Source: Candidatus Poribacteria bacterium
GTDB taxonomy: Bacteria; Poribacteria; WGA-4E; WGA-3G
Reading direction: 5' to 3'
Assembly (NCBI GenBank): GCA_965197475.1
Contig: CBDANF010000003.1
Coordinates: 2,784,001-2,848,000, forward strand
Length of the DNA: 64,000 nucleotides
The notes under the pieces were generated by a model. That model had not been told where the DNA came from, searched no databases, and worked only from the letters and a program-made list of their open reading frames with translations. Below are positions 1 through 8,538 of this stretch, one piece after another. The stretch's first letter is position 1; every line of letters starts with the position of its first letter. The translations under genes were made by a program, and so were the position numbers.

Positions 1-252
1 CCACGCGAGGCACCGTCGCGTCGCAATGACATAGAGCCATCCTGCAAACCGATGTGGTTCTTTGAGTGTATGGAGTCTTTGATACGCTTTGAGGAAGGTA
101 TCCTGCGTAATATCTTCAGCAATGTGAAAATCGCCTACTTTCCGCCATGCAAGCGCGTGAACCTGCTTCTGATATTTCTCCACTAATTCAGAGAAGGCGT
201 TATCATCGCCTGCAAGGGTGCGTTGAATTAGTTCAGCATCTTCGTTTTTCAT
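1..252 (-). CDS. ECF RNA polymerase sigma factor, N-terminal part (runs off window)
   Basis: Manual translation from ATG 252: MKNEDAELIQRTLAGDDNAFSELVEKYQKQVHALAWRKVGDFHIAEDITQDTFLKAY...FAGWLYVIA, a sigma70 region 2 signature; RBS GGAGG upstream. Confidence 0.9.
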   Translation of the reverse strand, partial: MKNEDAELIQRTLAGDDNAFSELVEKYQKQVHALAWRKVGDFHIAEDITQDTFLKAYQRLHTLKEPHRFAGWLYVIATRRCLAW

Positions 253-558
253 CAGTAGCCTCCACAAAAGAATAATCTCAACAATTCATCTCAACATTTA
301 GTGACGCGTGGAACGGCAAAACGGGTGCATAATTTACAAAAAAAGTGCAATTTCGGAACAATTTAATGTTCATCGCAATCAAACAAGGATCCTTGACAAA
401 ATGGAGGAACATGTATAGAATATCCATTGAAACAACGAGGCATAGATCTCGAGAATCTGCAATCCTAATCTGAAAAATTTTGAAAAGGCGTTTGAAACTA
501 CGAAACAACGTTATGCGTGCTTACGAAACTCGCTTACTATAAAAGAAAGGAATAGGTA

Positions 559-1905
559 ATGATTCAAACAGCATACAAGGAAACCTATCGTCCGCAGTAC
601 CACTTCACACCGAAAACAAACTGGACCAACGATCCGAACGGATTGATTTATTACAAAGATGAGTATCATCTCTTCTTTCAACACAATCCTTTCGGCATCA
701 ATTGGGGCAACATGACATGGGGACACGCTGTTAGTCCTGACCTCGTTCACTGGAAACAACTCCCACATGCGATCCATCCAGACGAACTCGGCACGATTTT
801 CTCGGGTTCCGGCGTTGTCGATTGGAACAATACCGGTGGATTTCAGACAGGCGACGAGGCAGTGCTCGTGAATTTTTATACATCTGCTGGGAGCCACGCG
901 CCAGAAAAGGTGCCGTTTACACAGAGTATCGCCTATAGCAACGACCGTGGGCGGAGTTGGACAAAATATGAAGGGAATCCCGTCATTGAGCACATCGTTG
1001 CAAGCAACCGTGACCCGAAAGTGATCTGGCACGAACCTACGCAAAAATGGGTGATGACGCTTTTTCTCAACAATAATGATTTTGCCTTTTTTGGTTCTAC
1101 GAACCTAAAGGAGTGGACACGACTCTCTGATATCCAGATACCTGATGGTGAATGCCCAGATATCTTTGAACTTCCTGTTGATGGCGACCCTGAGAATACC
1201 AAATGGGTTTTTTTGGGAGCCGGTGGTAAATATTATGTTGGTGATTTTGACGGAACCACTTTCACACCAGATGGGGAATCACAGCGAGCAGACTTCGGTG
1301 CTAATTTTTACGCTGCACAAACATGGAGTGACATACCCGAATCTGATGGTCGCCGCATTCAGATCGCATGGATGAACGGCAGTAATCCGCCAGAGATGCC
1401 CTTTAATCAGCAAATGAGCTTCCCATGTGTGTTGACACTTCGGACGACGTCAGAGGGTATCCGCCTGTATCGGGAACCAGTGGCAGAAATCGAAAATATC
1501 CATGACTATACGCACGTTTGGAGCAACGTAACGCTCAATCCCGATGAAAACCTACTTGCAGGATTGACCGGTGAGTTGTTTGATATCCGTGCAGAGATAG
1601 AACTCAACAATGCCTCCGCTGTCGGCTTCAATATTCGTGGTCAAGATGTCCGATACAATGTCGCTGAAAAGCAGTTGACGTTCCTTGAAAGGAGCGGTCC
1701 TCTCGCCCCACAAGATGGCAAAATTCAGTTACAGATTTTAGTCGATCGCATCTCAATTGAGGCGTTCGGCAATTCAGGTGCGCTCTCAATGACCTCCTAT
1801 TTCCTGTCCGATCTCAATAACGCGGACATCGGAATTTACGCTGAGGGCAGTGAAGCTACACTTGTATCGTTGAAAGTGCATGAACTGAAATCGTCGTGGG
1901 TATAA
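559..1905 (+). CDS. Glycoside hydrolase family 32 (levanase/beta-fructofuranosidase)
   Basis: RPQYHF, WTNDPNG, WGHAVS, FSGS, RDPKV and ECPD motifs. Confidence 0.95.
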   Translation: MIQTAYKETYRPQYHFTPKTNWTNDPNGLIYYKDEYHLFFQHNPFGINWGNMTWGHAVSPDLVHWKQLPHAIHPDELGTIFSGSGVVDWNNTGGFQTGDEAVLVNFYTSAGSHAPEKVPFTQSIAYSNDRGRSWTKYEGNPVIEHIVASNRDPKVIWHEPTQKWVMTLFLNNNDFAFFGSTNLKEWTRLSDIQIPDGECPDIFELPVDGDPENTKWVFLGAGGKYYVGDFDGTTFTPDGESQRADFGANFYAAQTWSDIPESDGRRIQIAWMNGSNPPEMPFNQQMSFPCVLTLRTTSEGIRLYREPVAEIENIHDYTHVWSNVTLNPDENLLAGLTGELFDIRAEIELNNASAVGFNIRGQDVRYNVAEKQLTFLERSGPLAPQDGKIQLQILVDRISIEAFGNSGALSMTSYFLSDLNNADIGIYAEGSEATLVSLKVHELKSSWV

Positions 1906-2011
1906 ATTGCAGTTGATCTCAAAATCATTGTAGGGCGAGGTCCCTGTGCCTCGCCATTTCAAATATGAAAACTATGAGATGGTTTCTAATCATTCTATAC
2001 TGCTAAGTGGA

Positions 2012-2422
2012 CTAAGAATAAACCGTCGCTGTTAGGTTTCGTCTACCACCCCGATTACGGAATTCACACAGATAGATTCCCTGCCATACACCTAAATTCA
2101 GGTGATGGTCGGTAATCGGGATGGATACGGCAAAACCAACAAGCGACGCTTTGATATGTGCTGGCATATCGTCATCGCCTTCTATTGTGTGTTTATAGAA
2201 AGGTTCACGCTCCTTAACGAGACGATCGAAACTATTGGCAAAATCTTCACGCACCGTCGGATCTGCATTTTCATTGATGGTTAACCCCGCTGATGTGTGC
2301 TTAATAAAAAGGTGAAGGATACCTACTCTCGGCAATTCTCCAAGCGATGCCATAATTTCATCTGTGATAAGATGAAAACCGCGCGGATATTCAGGTAAGG
2401 TAATTTCAATTTGATGAATCAT
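2012..2422 (-). CDS. yjbQ: YjbQ/UPF0047 secondary thiamine-phosphate synthase family
   Basis: HTSAGLTINENADP, DMPAHIKASL, LGVWQGIYLCEFR motifs. Confidence 0.92.
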   Translation of the reverse strand: MIHQIEITLPEYPRGFHLITDEIMASLGELPRVGILHLFIKHTSAGLTINENADPTVREDFANSFDRLVKEREPFYKHTIEGDDDMPAHIKASLVGFAVSIPITDHHLNLGVWQGIYLCEFRNRGGRRNLTATVYS

Positions 2423-2609
2423 TTTGTGTGTTGCCTTTGGTCGGTAGAAGCGATTTTGATTAGCACTCCTGCCGTTTGTAAAGTTTCTTGCTATGATACC
2501 ACAATTCCCTGATATTTCACAGGGCCATTTAGTTTCGCAATAAGTAGTTTTGGACTTGCAACAAACATGTAAAAATCGCTACAAACACAGATGTAGACTA
2601 CATTTCCAC

Positions 2610-2638
2610 TTGTTTTAATTGTGCAACTATGATACAAT
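2610..2638 (+). promoter_or_regulatory. Putative sigma70 promoter for the transposase
   Basis: TTGTTT-N17-TACAAT inside the left end. Confidence 0.5.
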
Positions 2639-2641
2639 ATA

Positions 2642-2752
2642 GATAAGAAAGTAGGGGGTTGGTAGCCCCCTAAATGAACACAAAAAGCGAGTTGCTTTTT
2701 GACGGTTCTAATCTTATCTGGTATTATATCAGAAATCCGTCAGAAAAAGCAA
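2642..2752 (-). ncRNA. Putative antisense RNA unit (RNA-OUT-like) over the transposase leader
   Basis: Minus-strand TTGCTT(2752-2747)-N18-TATAAT(2728-2723), then hairpin TAGGGGGCTACCAACCCCCTA plus a U-rich tract ending near 2642. Confidence 0.45.
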
Positions 2753-2774
2753 CTCCTATTTCAAGGAGTATCTG

Positions 2775-3659
2775 ATGGATTTATTGAAGGTAATGGAGCG
2801 TTTTCCTGACCAAGAAGCATGTATTGAGCATTTGGAATATATTCGGTGGCGTGGTGAACCAAGATGTCCGCATTGTGATAGTCTAAACGTTGCGGAACGG
2901 ACAGAGACGGAATTGGGACGCATCGGACGCTGGCAATGCCATGATTGCACTGCTACTTTCAAGGTGACGTGTGGCACGGTGTTTCACGGGACAAAGATAG
3001 CACTTCAGAAGTGGTTTTTGGCGATCTCGTTGATTGTGAATGCGAAGAAGTCGTTATCCAGTTACCAGTTGAGTCGTGATTTAGACTTGAATCAGAAAAC
3101 TGCATGGTTTATAATGACTCGTATCCGTGCTGAAATGGCAAAGAAAGGTAGCAACGTGCTATTACAAGGCATCATAGAGGCTGATGAAACTTACATCGGG
3201 GGTAAACCTCGCAAGCCGAACAAGAAAGCAGATGCGGAGCCTGCCAAGCGTGGTCGTGGCACTGATAAAGACGCAATCATCGGGGCTGTCCAACGCGGTG
3301 GGAAAGTTGTAGCACAACTTGCAAGGGATTTGACAGGACGGACTATTTTAGACTTTATCCGAAGAGCCGTGAAAGTTCAGGATTCGGAGTTGATGACCGA
3401 TGAATATAATGCTTATCTCGCACTCGGTAGAGATATGAAGCATCATATCATCAATCATCAAGAGCAATTTGTTGACGGTGATGTCCACACAAACACGATT
3501 GAGGGGTTTTGGTCGCTTCTCAAACGCGCTTGGTATGGTTCACATCACCACTATTGGACTGAATATACGCCCCTGTATGTCGCAGAGGCGTGCTACAAGT
3601 ATAACTATAGGAGCATTGACAGCATCTTTGATAAGTTTGTTAATGAGAGTATGAGATGA
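2775..3659 (+). CDS. IS1595-family (ISXO2-like) DDE transposase
   Basis: CPHC...CHDC zinc ribbon, HTH, EADETYIGG, TDEY, HTNTIEGFWSLLKR. Confidence 0.96.
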   Translation: MDLLKVMERFPDQEACIEHLEYIRWRGEPRCPHCDSLNVAERTETELGRIGRWQCHDCTATFKVTCGTVFHGTKIALQKWFLAISLIVNAKKSLSSYQLSRDLDLNQKTAWFIMTRIRAEMAKKGSNVLLQGIIEADETYIGGKPRKPNKKADAEPAKRGRGTDKDAIIGAVQRGGKVVAQLARDLTGRTILDFIRRAVKVQDSELMTDEYNAYLALGRDMKHHIINHQEQFVDGDVHTNTIEGFWSLLKRAWYGSHHHYWTEYTPLYVAEACYKYNYRSIDSIFDKFVNESMR

Positions 3660-3665
3660 GTGAAA

Positions 3666-4001
3666 CTAAAGGTACCCAGGGCGTTTCTTTGCATGATCCG
3701 CGGGTTCAGGCGGTGCTTGCAGCACAGATGGCGGAAGCTCGAATGTCTTTTGATCCGAATTCAAAGCTTCGAGAATATTTTGGAACAATGTATAGCAATC
3801 TGACTCGGATTGGAAGATGCCCAAATTGTAGAGAAAAGTTGATTGGTTCGATCCATGAGCGTCTACATGTTTCAACAGAGTCAGATTGAACAAGTTTGAT
3901 TCGTTGTTCTTGATGATCACAATTTCATCATAAATATTAAGATTTACGGCTAATGGACAAAATCCAGTGATTTGTTCAGGTTTTGGAAATATGATTAACA
4001 T
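3666..4001 (-). CDS. Conserved IS passenger protein (111 aa), homolog of 32725-32997
   Basis: RBS AAAGGA before ATG 4001; shares ALxxxxxTFELP and terminal YL with the copy 2 ORF. Confidence 0.7.
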   Translation of the reverse strand: MLIIFPKPEQITGFCPLAVNLNIYDEIVIIKNNESNLFNLTLLKHVDAHGSNQSTFLYNLGIFQSESDCYTLFQNILEALNSDQKTFELPPSVLQAPPEPADHAKKRPGYL

Positions 4002-4049
4002 GATAGTTCCTTTGTGAGTTAGAGGGGACAGGGGCACCTCGTTGTTGGG

Positions 4050-4286
4050 TTAGTCTGTTTTCTTTCGGTTTACATACCGTTTGATACACCAAGCGGTGAA
4101 TCTTGCCGACAGAAAAATAATAGGTATGCCGACAATTTGGGCTACCAATGCTACTAATGCGTATTCTCGAGCACCGAGAACAGTGACTATAGATCCAATG
4201 ATAGCGAAAAACAAAAGCCAGTTTTTCAACGTGTATTTTTGCTTATAGTAAGCAAATACAAGAAGTGGCCACACTAAAAGTACCAT
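4050..4286 (-). CDS. Small membrane protein, variable IS cargo
   Basis: 78 aa with three hydrophobic segments; RBS AAGGGA. Confidence 0.6.
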   Translation of the reverse strand: MVLLVWPLLVFAYYKQKYTLKNWLLFFAIIGSIVTVLGAREYALVALVAQIVGIPIIFLSARFTAWCIKRYVNRKKTD

Positions 4287-4346
4287 GATATTCCCTTATG
4301 GTAAGGGTTGTACGTGTTTTGTTTATAGGATCACGTTGTTTAACCT

Positions 4347-4425
4347 TAACGTTGTTCCCGATCTCATTCGGTTTGGTAGGGACTGCCTCAAGCGAGACAG
4401 ATGAGATTCCCTACCAACAACGTTA
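4347..4425 (-). ncRNA. Structured RNA (three-way junction with bulge-loop kissing), copy 1
   Basis: P1 TAACGTTGTT/AACAACGTTA; P2 GGTAGGGA/TCCCTACC; bulge ATCTCAT; P3 CTGTCTC/GAGGCAG; P4 CCG/CGG with loop AATGAGAT; covaries with copy 2. Confidence 0.75.
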
Positions 4426-4429
4426 GGAT

Positions 4430-4459
4430 AGTATAACATGTGGGAGAAAAGAGAGTCAA
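4430..4459 (-). promoter_or_regulatory. Inward-facing sigma70 promoter in the IS right end
   Basis: TTGACT-N18-TATACT with extended -10 TG; conserved in copy 2. Confidence 0.75.
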
Positions 4460-4505
4460 GTGAAAAATTCAATGGCTTGTTGCAAGTCCAAAACTACTTA
4501 TTGCG

Positions 4506-5114
4506 TTAAAATTTATCAAGAGTTATGCTGTTCAACAGACTGATCTGTTTGCAGAACAAGTGGTTACAGATACATCAGATACTGAAGATACAGTAGTAAT
4601 ATCATTTGGTGAACAACTTGCCAGGAAACGGGACGATGTTGAAATGACCCAAGAGGATTTGGCAGCAAAAGTTGGTTATACTCGTGGGCACATTGCCCTT
4701 ATTGAACAGAACAGAGGAACACCTGGAAAGAGTCTACACAGAAAATTAGTTGAACTATTCGGTGAATTCTCAGAACCAGCCACTGAAACAAGAACTACCA
4801 ATATTTTAGCAGTTGAAATGGAGGATGGGAGTTGGATTTCAGAGAATACAGGGATAGAAACTTTCATTGAGGTCATTAAGCAAATAGACATCGAAAAGGT
4901 AAAAGAACTCAATAAATACGAAGCAAAGATACCTTTGGTAGCGGATAATGAGGATCCTAATAAGGCACAAAGAACAGTCGAAACAGATACAGGGACGATA
5001 TATTACATATTTTCGGGTCTTGCTATTACAAGAATGAAAAGAATTTTGGATGACATCGCTGATCGTCTTAATCTTGATATGAAAGTCTTTATTAACCAAG
5101 TCAAAAAAAGATAG
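4506..5114 (+). pseudogene. XRE-type HTH protein, probably 5'-truncated by the IS
   Basis: MTQEDLAAKVGYTRGHIALIEQN is an HTH_3 pattern; the frame is open from the IS end at 4506 (LKFIKSYAVQQ...) into ORF 4560. Confidence 0.6.
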
Positions 5115-5202
5115 CCGTAAAAATGTAAAATGTAATCAAATCTTCCTATCAAATTTTATGTGAACTATGAAAGAAAAAAGAGTCAATAGGAGAACCTGCG
5201 TT

Positions 5203-7629
5203 ATGAAAAAGACATATTTGCTTTCCACTGTCTTGTTTTTAGTTGTTATTCTGGTTTTGCCAGATGTGTTTGCTCAAGATTATACAAAATGGAACCTACC
5301 TGAAGGGGTGATTGCCCGGATTGGCAAAGGTGTAATTACTGGTGATATTGTGTATTCTCCAGATGGCAGTCAACTGGTTGTGCCAACTGGTATGGGAGTG
5401 TGGATATATGATTCATATACTAGAAAAGAAATTAAACTGTTTACAAAACATCCGAATTGGATTTCAAGCGTGTGTTTTTCACCTGACGGTCAGATCCTCG
5501 CTGGTGGCTGTAATGGTAACATCGAACTGTGGGATGTACAAACAGGCCAACACCTGAAAACCTTAACAGGTCATACAGCTGAAATCAACAGTATTGCTTT
5601 CAGTCCCGATGGTAGCAAACTCGCGACCGGAAGTGGCAGTATTTTTGTCGATGATAATACAATTCGCTTATGGAACCCTGAAACAGGGGAAAAACTCAAA
5701 ACACTCAAAGGGCATACGAAGATAGTTAACAGTGTGTGCTTTTCACCAGATGGGCGCAGGCTTGTTAGCGGAAGCGATGACAATACTATCCGTCTATGGA
5801 ACCCTGATACTGGACAACATCTGAATACACTCAGAGGCCATACAGAATGGGTCAAGAGCGTAGTTTTTAGTACGGATGGACTCCATCTCGCCAGCGCAAG
5901 TTGGGACAAAACAATTGGGATTTGGAACGTTAGCACAGGAAAACGCTTAAAAACTTTTAGGGGGCATACGAGTCGGGTTAACAGTGTATGTTTTTCGCCA
6001 GATGGAACTACTATAGCCAGTGGGAGCTGGGATGGGACGGTTAAATTCTGGTCAACTCTCACAGGCAAAACTTTGAAAACTCTTTATGGACATACTGGTC
6101 AGGTCAACAGCGTATGCTTTTCGCCAGACGGGCTAACAGTTGTAAGTGCAAGTTCGTCTAAACCTCTTGATTATGATAGCAAGGTACGGTTGTGGTCTGC
6201 AAATACCGGAAACCTCATGAAGATTATTACAGGACATACAAAAGCTGTTTCAAGTTTGTACTTTTTTCCTGATGAAGACATATTTGCTGCGGGTAGAGAT
6301 GATGGCGTAGTGCGATTGTGGGAAGCTACCACAGGACAACTTCTGAGTACTTTTTTTGGACACACGAGCACTGTGTCAAGTTTACACGTTTATCCAGATC
6401 AACAAACGCTCGCTAGTGGTAGTGGTGATGGCACAGTGCGATTATGGTCCATCAATACTGGAAAACTTCAAAATATTTACAAAGCAAATACGGATTCTAA
6501 GGGTAAACCTTTGAAAACTCAATCCGGAAATATAGATTGGCTCGGAGGTGTTATTTTTACTCCCGACGGTCACAATTTCGCAAGTTTCGGAAGTGAGGAC
6601 GGAAAAATCCGTTTGTGGTCCACCGCTACCGGTTCGCACATACAAACTTTTGAAGGGCATGAGTGGAGAGTAAAATGCATCGCTTTTTCGGCAAATGGAC
6701 AGATGCTTGCTGGTGGTGGAAGTGTTTTTGAGCCAACGGTTCATTTATGGTCAGTTGTGCCTGGAAATACTTTTAAGACTCTCATTGGACATAAAAACGC
6801 TATCTGGTGTGTTACTTTTTCGCCAGATGGTACTATGCTCGCCAGCGGAAGTTTGGACAACACGGTACGTTTGTGGTCAGTTGCGACTGGAAAACTCCTT
6901 AATACCCTTATAGGACATAGTTCTGCTATCATTAGTTTGTGTTTTTCACCAGATGGCAGTACTCTCGTTACCGGGAGTTTGGACGGGACACTTCGTTTAT
7001 GGGGCATTGATAAAGGGGAAGTTATAACAATTCTTCCAGGAGATGGCAACAGTTTGTGCTTTTCGCCAGATGGCAGTACACTTGTTGCTGGTAATACCGA
7101 TGGGACGGTAAACCTATTGAATGTAGATGAGTTAGCCACACTATCGCTACAAGAAGAATCTATGTCTGCTGGAGACTACTATATGCGAGCTGGTAGGAAG
7201 GGACTAGAAGGAGATTTTAAGGGTGCCATCAACGATTTGGACAAGGCAATTCACTTAAAGCCAGACCTTGCCTCTGCATACTTTTTACGAGGATATACCA
7301 AAGATCGATTGGAACAACACAGGGCTGCTATTGATGACTTTGACATCACACTTCACTTAAAACCAGATTTTTACGGTGCCTACTTATGTCGCGGCATTTC
7401 AAAAGGGCAACTTCAGCAGCACGTCGCCGCCATTAAAGACTTTGATACTTTTATCTCTCAAGAACCGGATAATGCCAGAGCTTACTATAATCGAGGACTC
7501 GCAAAATATCTGTTGGGTAATACTCAAGGAGCTAAACAGGACCTCCAGATGGCATTGAAATATGTTGAAAAAACAAGCGATGCAGAACTCAAATCCAGCA
7601 TTGAGAAAAAGCTTCAAAAACTCAAGTAA
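5203..7629 (+). CDS. Secreted WD40-repeat protein with C-terminal TPRs
   Basis: Signal peptide (..VFAQD), about 14 GH..SV.FSPDG..ASGS.D.TVRLW repeats, then TPR motifs. Confidence 0.93.
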   Translation: MKKTYLLSTVLFLVVILVLPDVFAQDYTKWNLPEGVIARIGKGVITGDIVYSPDGSQLVVPTGMGVWIYDSYTRKEIKLFTKHPNWISSVCFSPDGQILAGGCNGNIELWDVQTGQHLKTLTGHTAEINSIAFSPDGSKLATGSGSIFVDDNTIRLWNPETGEKLKTLKGHTKIVNSVCFSPDGRRLVSGSDDNTIRLWNPDTGQHLNTLRGHTEWVKSVVFSTDGLHLASASWDKTIGIWNVSTGKRLKTFRGHTSRVNSVCFSPDGTTIASGSWDGTVKFWSTLTGKTLKTLYGHTGQVNSVCFSPDGLTVVSASSSKPLDYDSKVRLWSANTGNLMKIITGHTKAVSSLYFFPDEDIFAAGRDDGVVRLWEATTGQLLSTFFGHTSTVSSLHVYPDQQTLASGSGDGTVRLWSINTGKLQNIYKANTDSKGKPLKTQSGNIDWLGGVIFTPDGHNFASFGSEDGKIRLWSTATGSHIQTFEGHEWRVKCIAFSANGQMLAGGGSVFEPTVHLWSVVPGNTFKTLIGHKNAIWCVTFSPDGTMLASGSLDNTVRLWSVATGKLLNTLIGHSSAIISLCFSPDGSTLVTGSLDGTLRLWGIDKGEVITILPGDGNSLCFSPDGSTLVAGNTDGTVNLLNVDELATLSLQEESMSAGDYYMRAGRKGLEGDFKGAINDLDKAIHLKPDLASAYFLRGYTKDRLEQHRAAIDDFDITLHLKPDFYGAYLCRGISKGQLQQHVAAIKDFDTFISQEPDNARAYYNRGLAKYLLGNTQGAKQDLQMALKYVEKTSDAELKSSIEKKLQKLK

Positions 7630-7750
7630 CAAAATCAGGACTATAGAGTTTTGTTGGACACATCATCAACCTCAATCCGCATAGCACATAATTTCAGATC
7701 TGGTTGTTTAGACACCGAATCAAATGCTGAATTCGTTACATAATTGGCAT

Positions 7751-7830
7751 TATACCAAATTAACGGGATTTGTTTTATTTTTCTGAGCAGACAGCGCGCC
7801 TACAAGAATAATCGAGTTAATATGGTATTA
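7751..7830. repeat. MITE family A copy containing a REP remnant
   Basis: TIR TATACCAAATTAAC / GTTAATATGGTATTA; similar to 22064-22155 and 49960-50056. Confidence 0.75.
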
Positions 7831-7982
7831 GATATAATGCGATCGCGTGCTGTTGAACAAGAGATTTTGGATATACTTGATGAACCCATACCCAAGCGAG
7901 ATTTGGCTGGCGGATCTTGGTTTAACAGCGAAGACTCGCTCTGTATTTGTGGTATCTCGTTATGATCCATATCCACCGCTGT

Positions 7983-8498
7983 CTATTGTAACTTATATTC
8001 CTTTAATCTTATGAATTCCGTTTTCACGACAGATTTATCATCCTCAAGACCCTCAAGCAAAGTTAGGATGCTCTCATTGAAAACGGGATGCACAAGGTCA
8101 GGGGCGACCTCTGCTAATGGAACAAGCACGAAACGGCGGAGATACATCTCCGGATGAGGGATAATAAGATCAGGGGTGTGCAGACATAGGTCCCCATAGA
8201 TCAACACATCCATGTCAATCTCTCTCGGACCCCAGCGAGTACGGTGCTGTCTGCCAACGGTGGTTTCAATATCTTTTAAGGTATGCAGCAAGGCATGCGG
8301 GGAAAGACAAGTTTGGATCGCAACAACACCGTTTAGAAAATCTGCCTGCGCTTTATATCCGACCGGGGCAGTTTTGTATAGTGAGGAAATCGTTTGTAAA
8401 GTGATCCCCTCCGCTACCGATAGGGCATGGATAGCGTTCTCAATATACGCGAGTTTGTCGCCGATGTTGCTGCCGAAACCGATGTATGCTAAATGCAC
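7983..8498 (-). CDS. folK: 2-amino-4-hydroxy-6-hydroxymethyldihydropteridine pyrophosphokinase
   Basis: [31 protein letters not shown]. Confidence 0.96.
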   Translation of the reverse strand: MHLAYIGFGSNIGDKLAYIENAIHALSVAEGITLQTISSLYKTAPVGYKAQADFLNGVVAIQTCLSPHALLHTLKDIETTVGRQHRTRWGPREIDMDVLIYGDLCLHTPDLIIPHPEMYLRRFVLVPLAEVAPDLVHPVFNESILTLLEGLEDDKSVVKTEFIRLKEYKLQ

Positions 8499-8538
8499 AA
8501 GGTTTTCAAATGGTAAAACAGGACTGATATACCGACTA

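Larger units (their letters stand above)
2536..4505 (+). mobile_element. IS1595-family cargo-carrying element, copy 1
   Basis: Perfect 29-bp TIRs CGCAATAAGTAGTTTTGGACTTGCAACAA (2536-2564) and its reverse complement (4477-4505) enclose a transposase and passenger ORFs; no TSD seen. Confidence 0.92.

Noticed and set aside
278-508. 76-aa minus-strand ORF
   Set aside because: Lies in a divergent promoter region with no recognisable features
4347-4425. Assigning the IS RNA to hammerhead, HDV-like, SAM riboswitch or bridge RNA classes
   Set aside because: No conserved catalytic or aptamer nucleotides shared by the two copies, loops do not match TIRs or flanks, and the transposase is not IS110-type; a formal Rfam search is still needed
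5340-7120. Periodic DNA repeats and long antisense ORFs, also at 19480-21720
   Set aside because: Coding WD40 repeats, not CRISPR; the antisense ORFs are shadows
7744-7965. 73-aa ORF
   Set aside because: Runs through a MITE; no RBS or family signal
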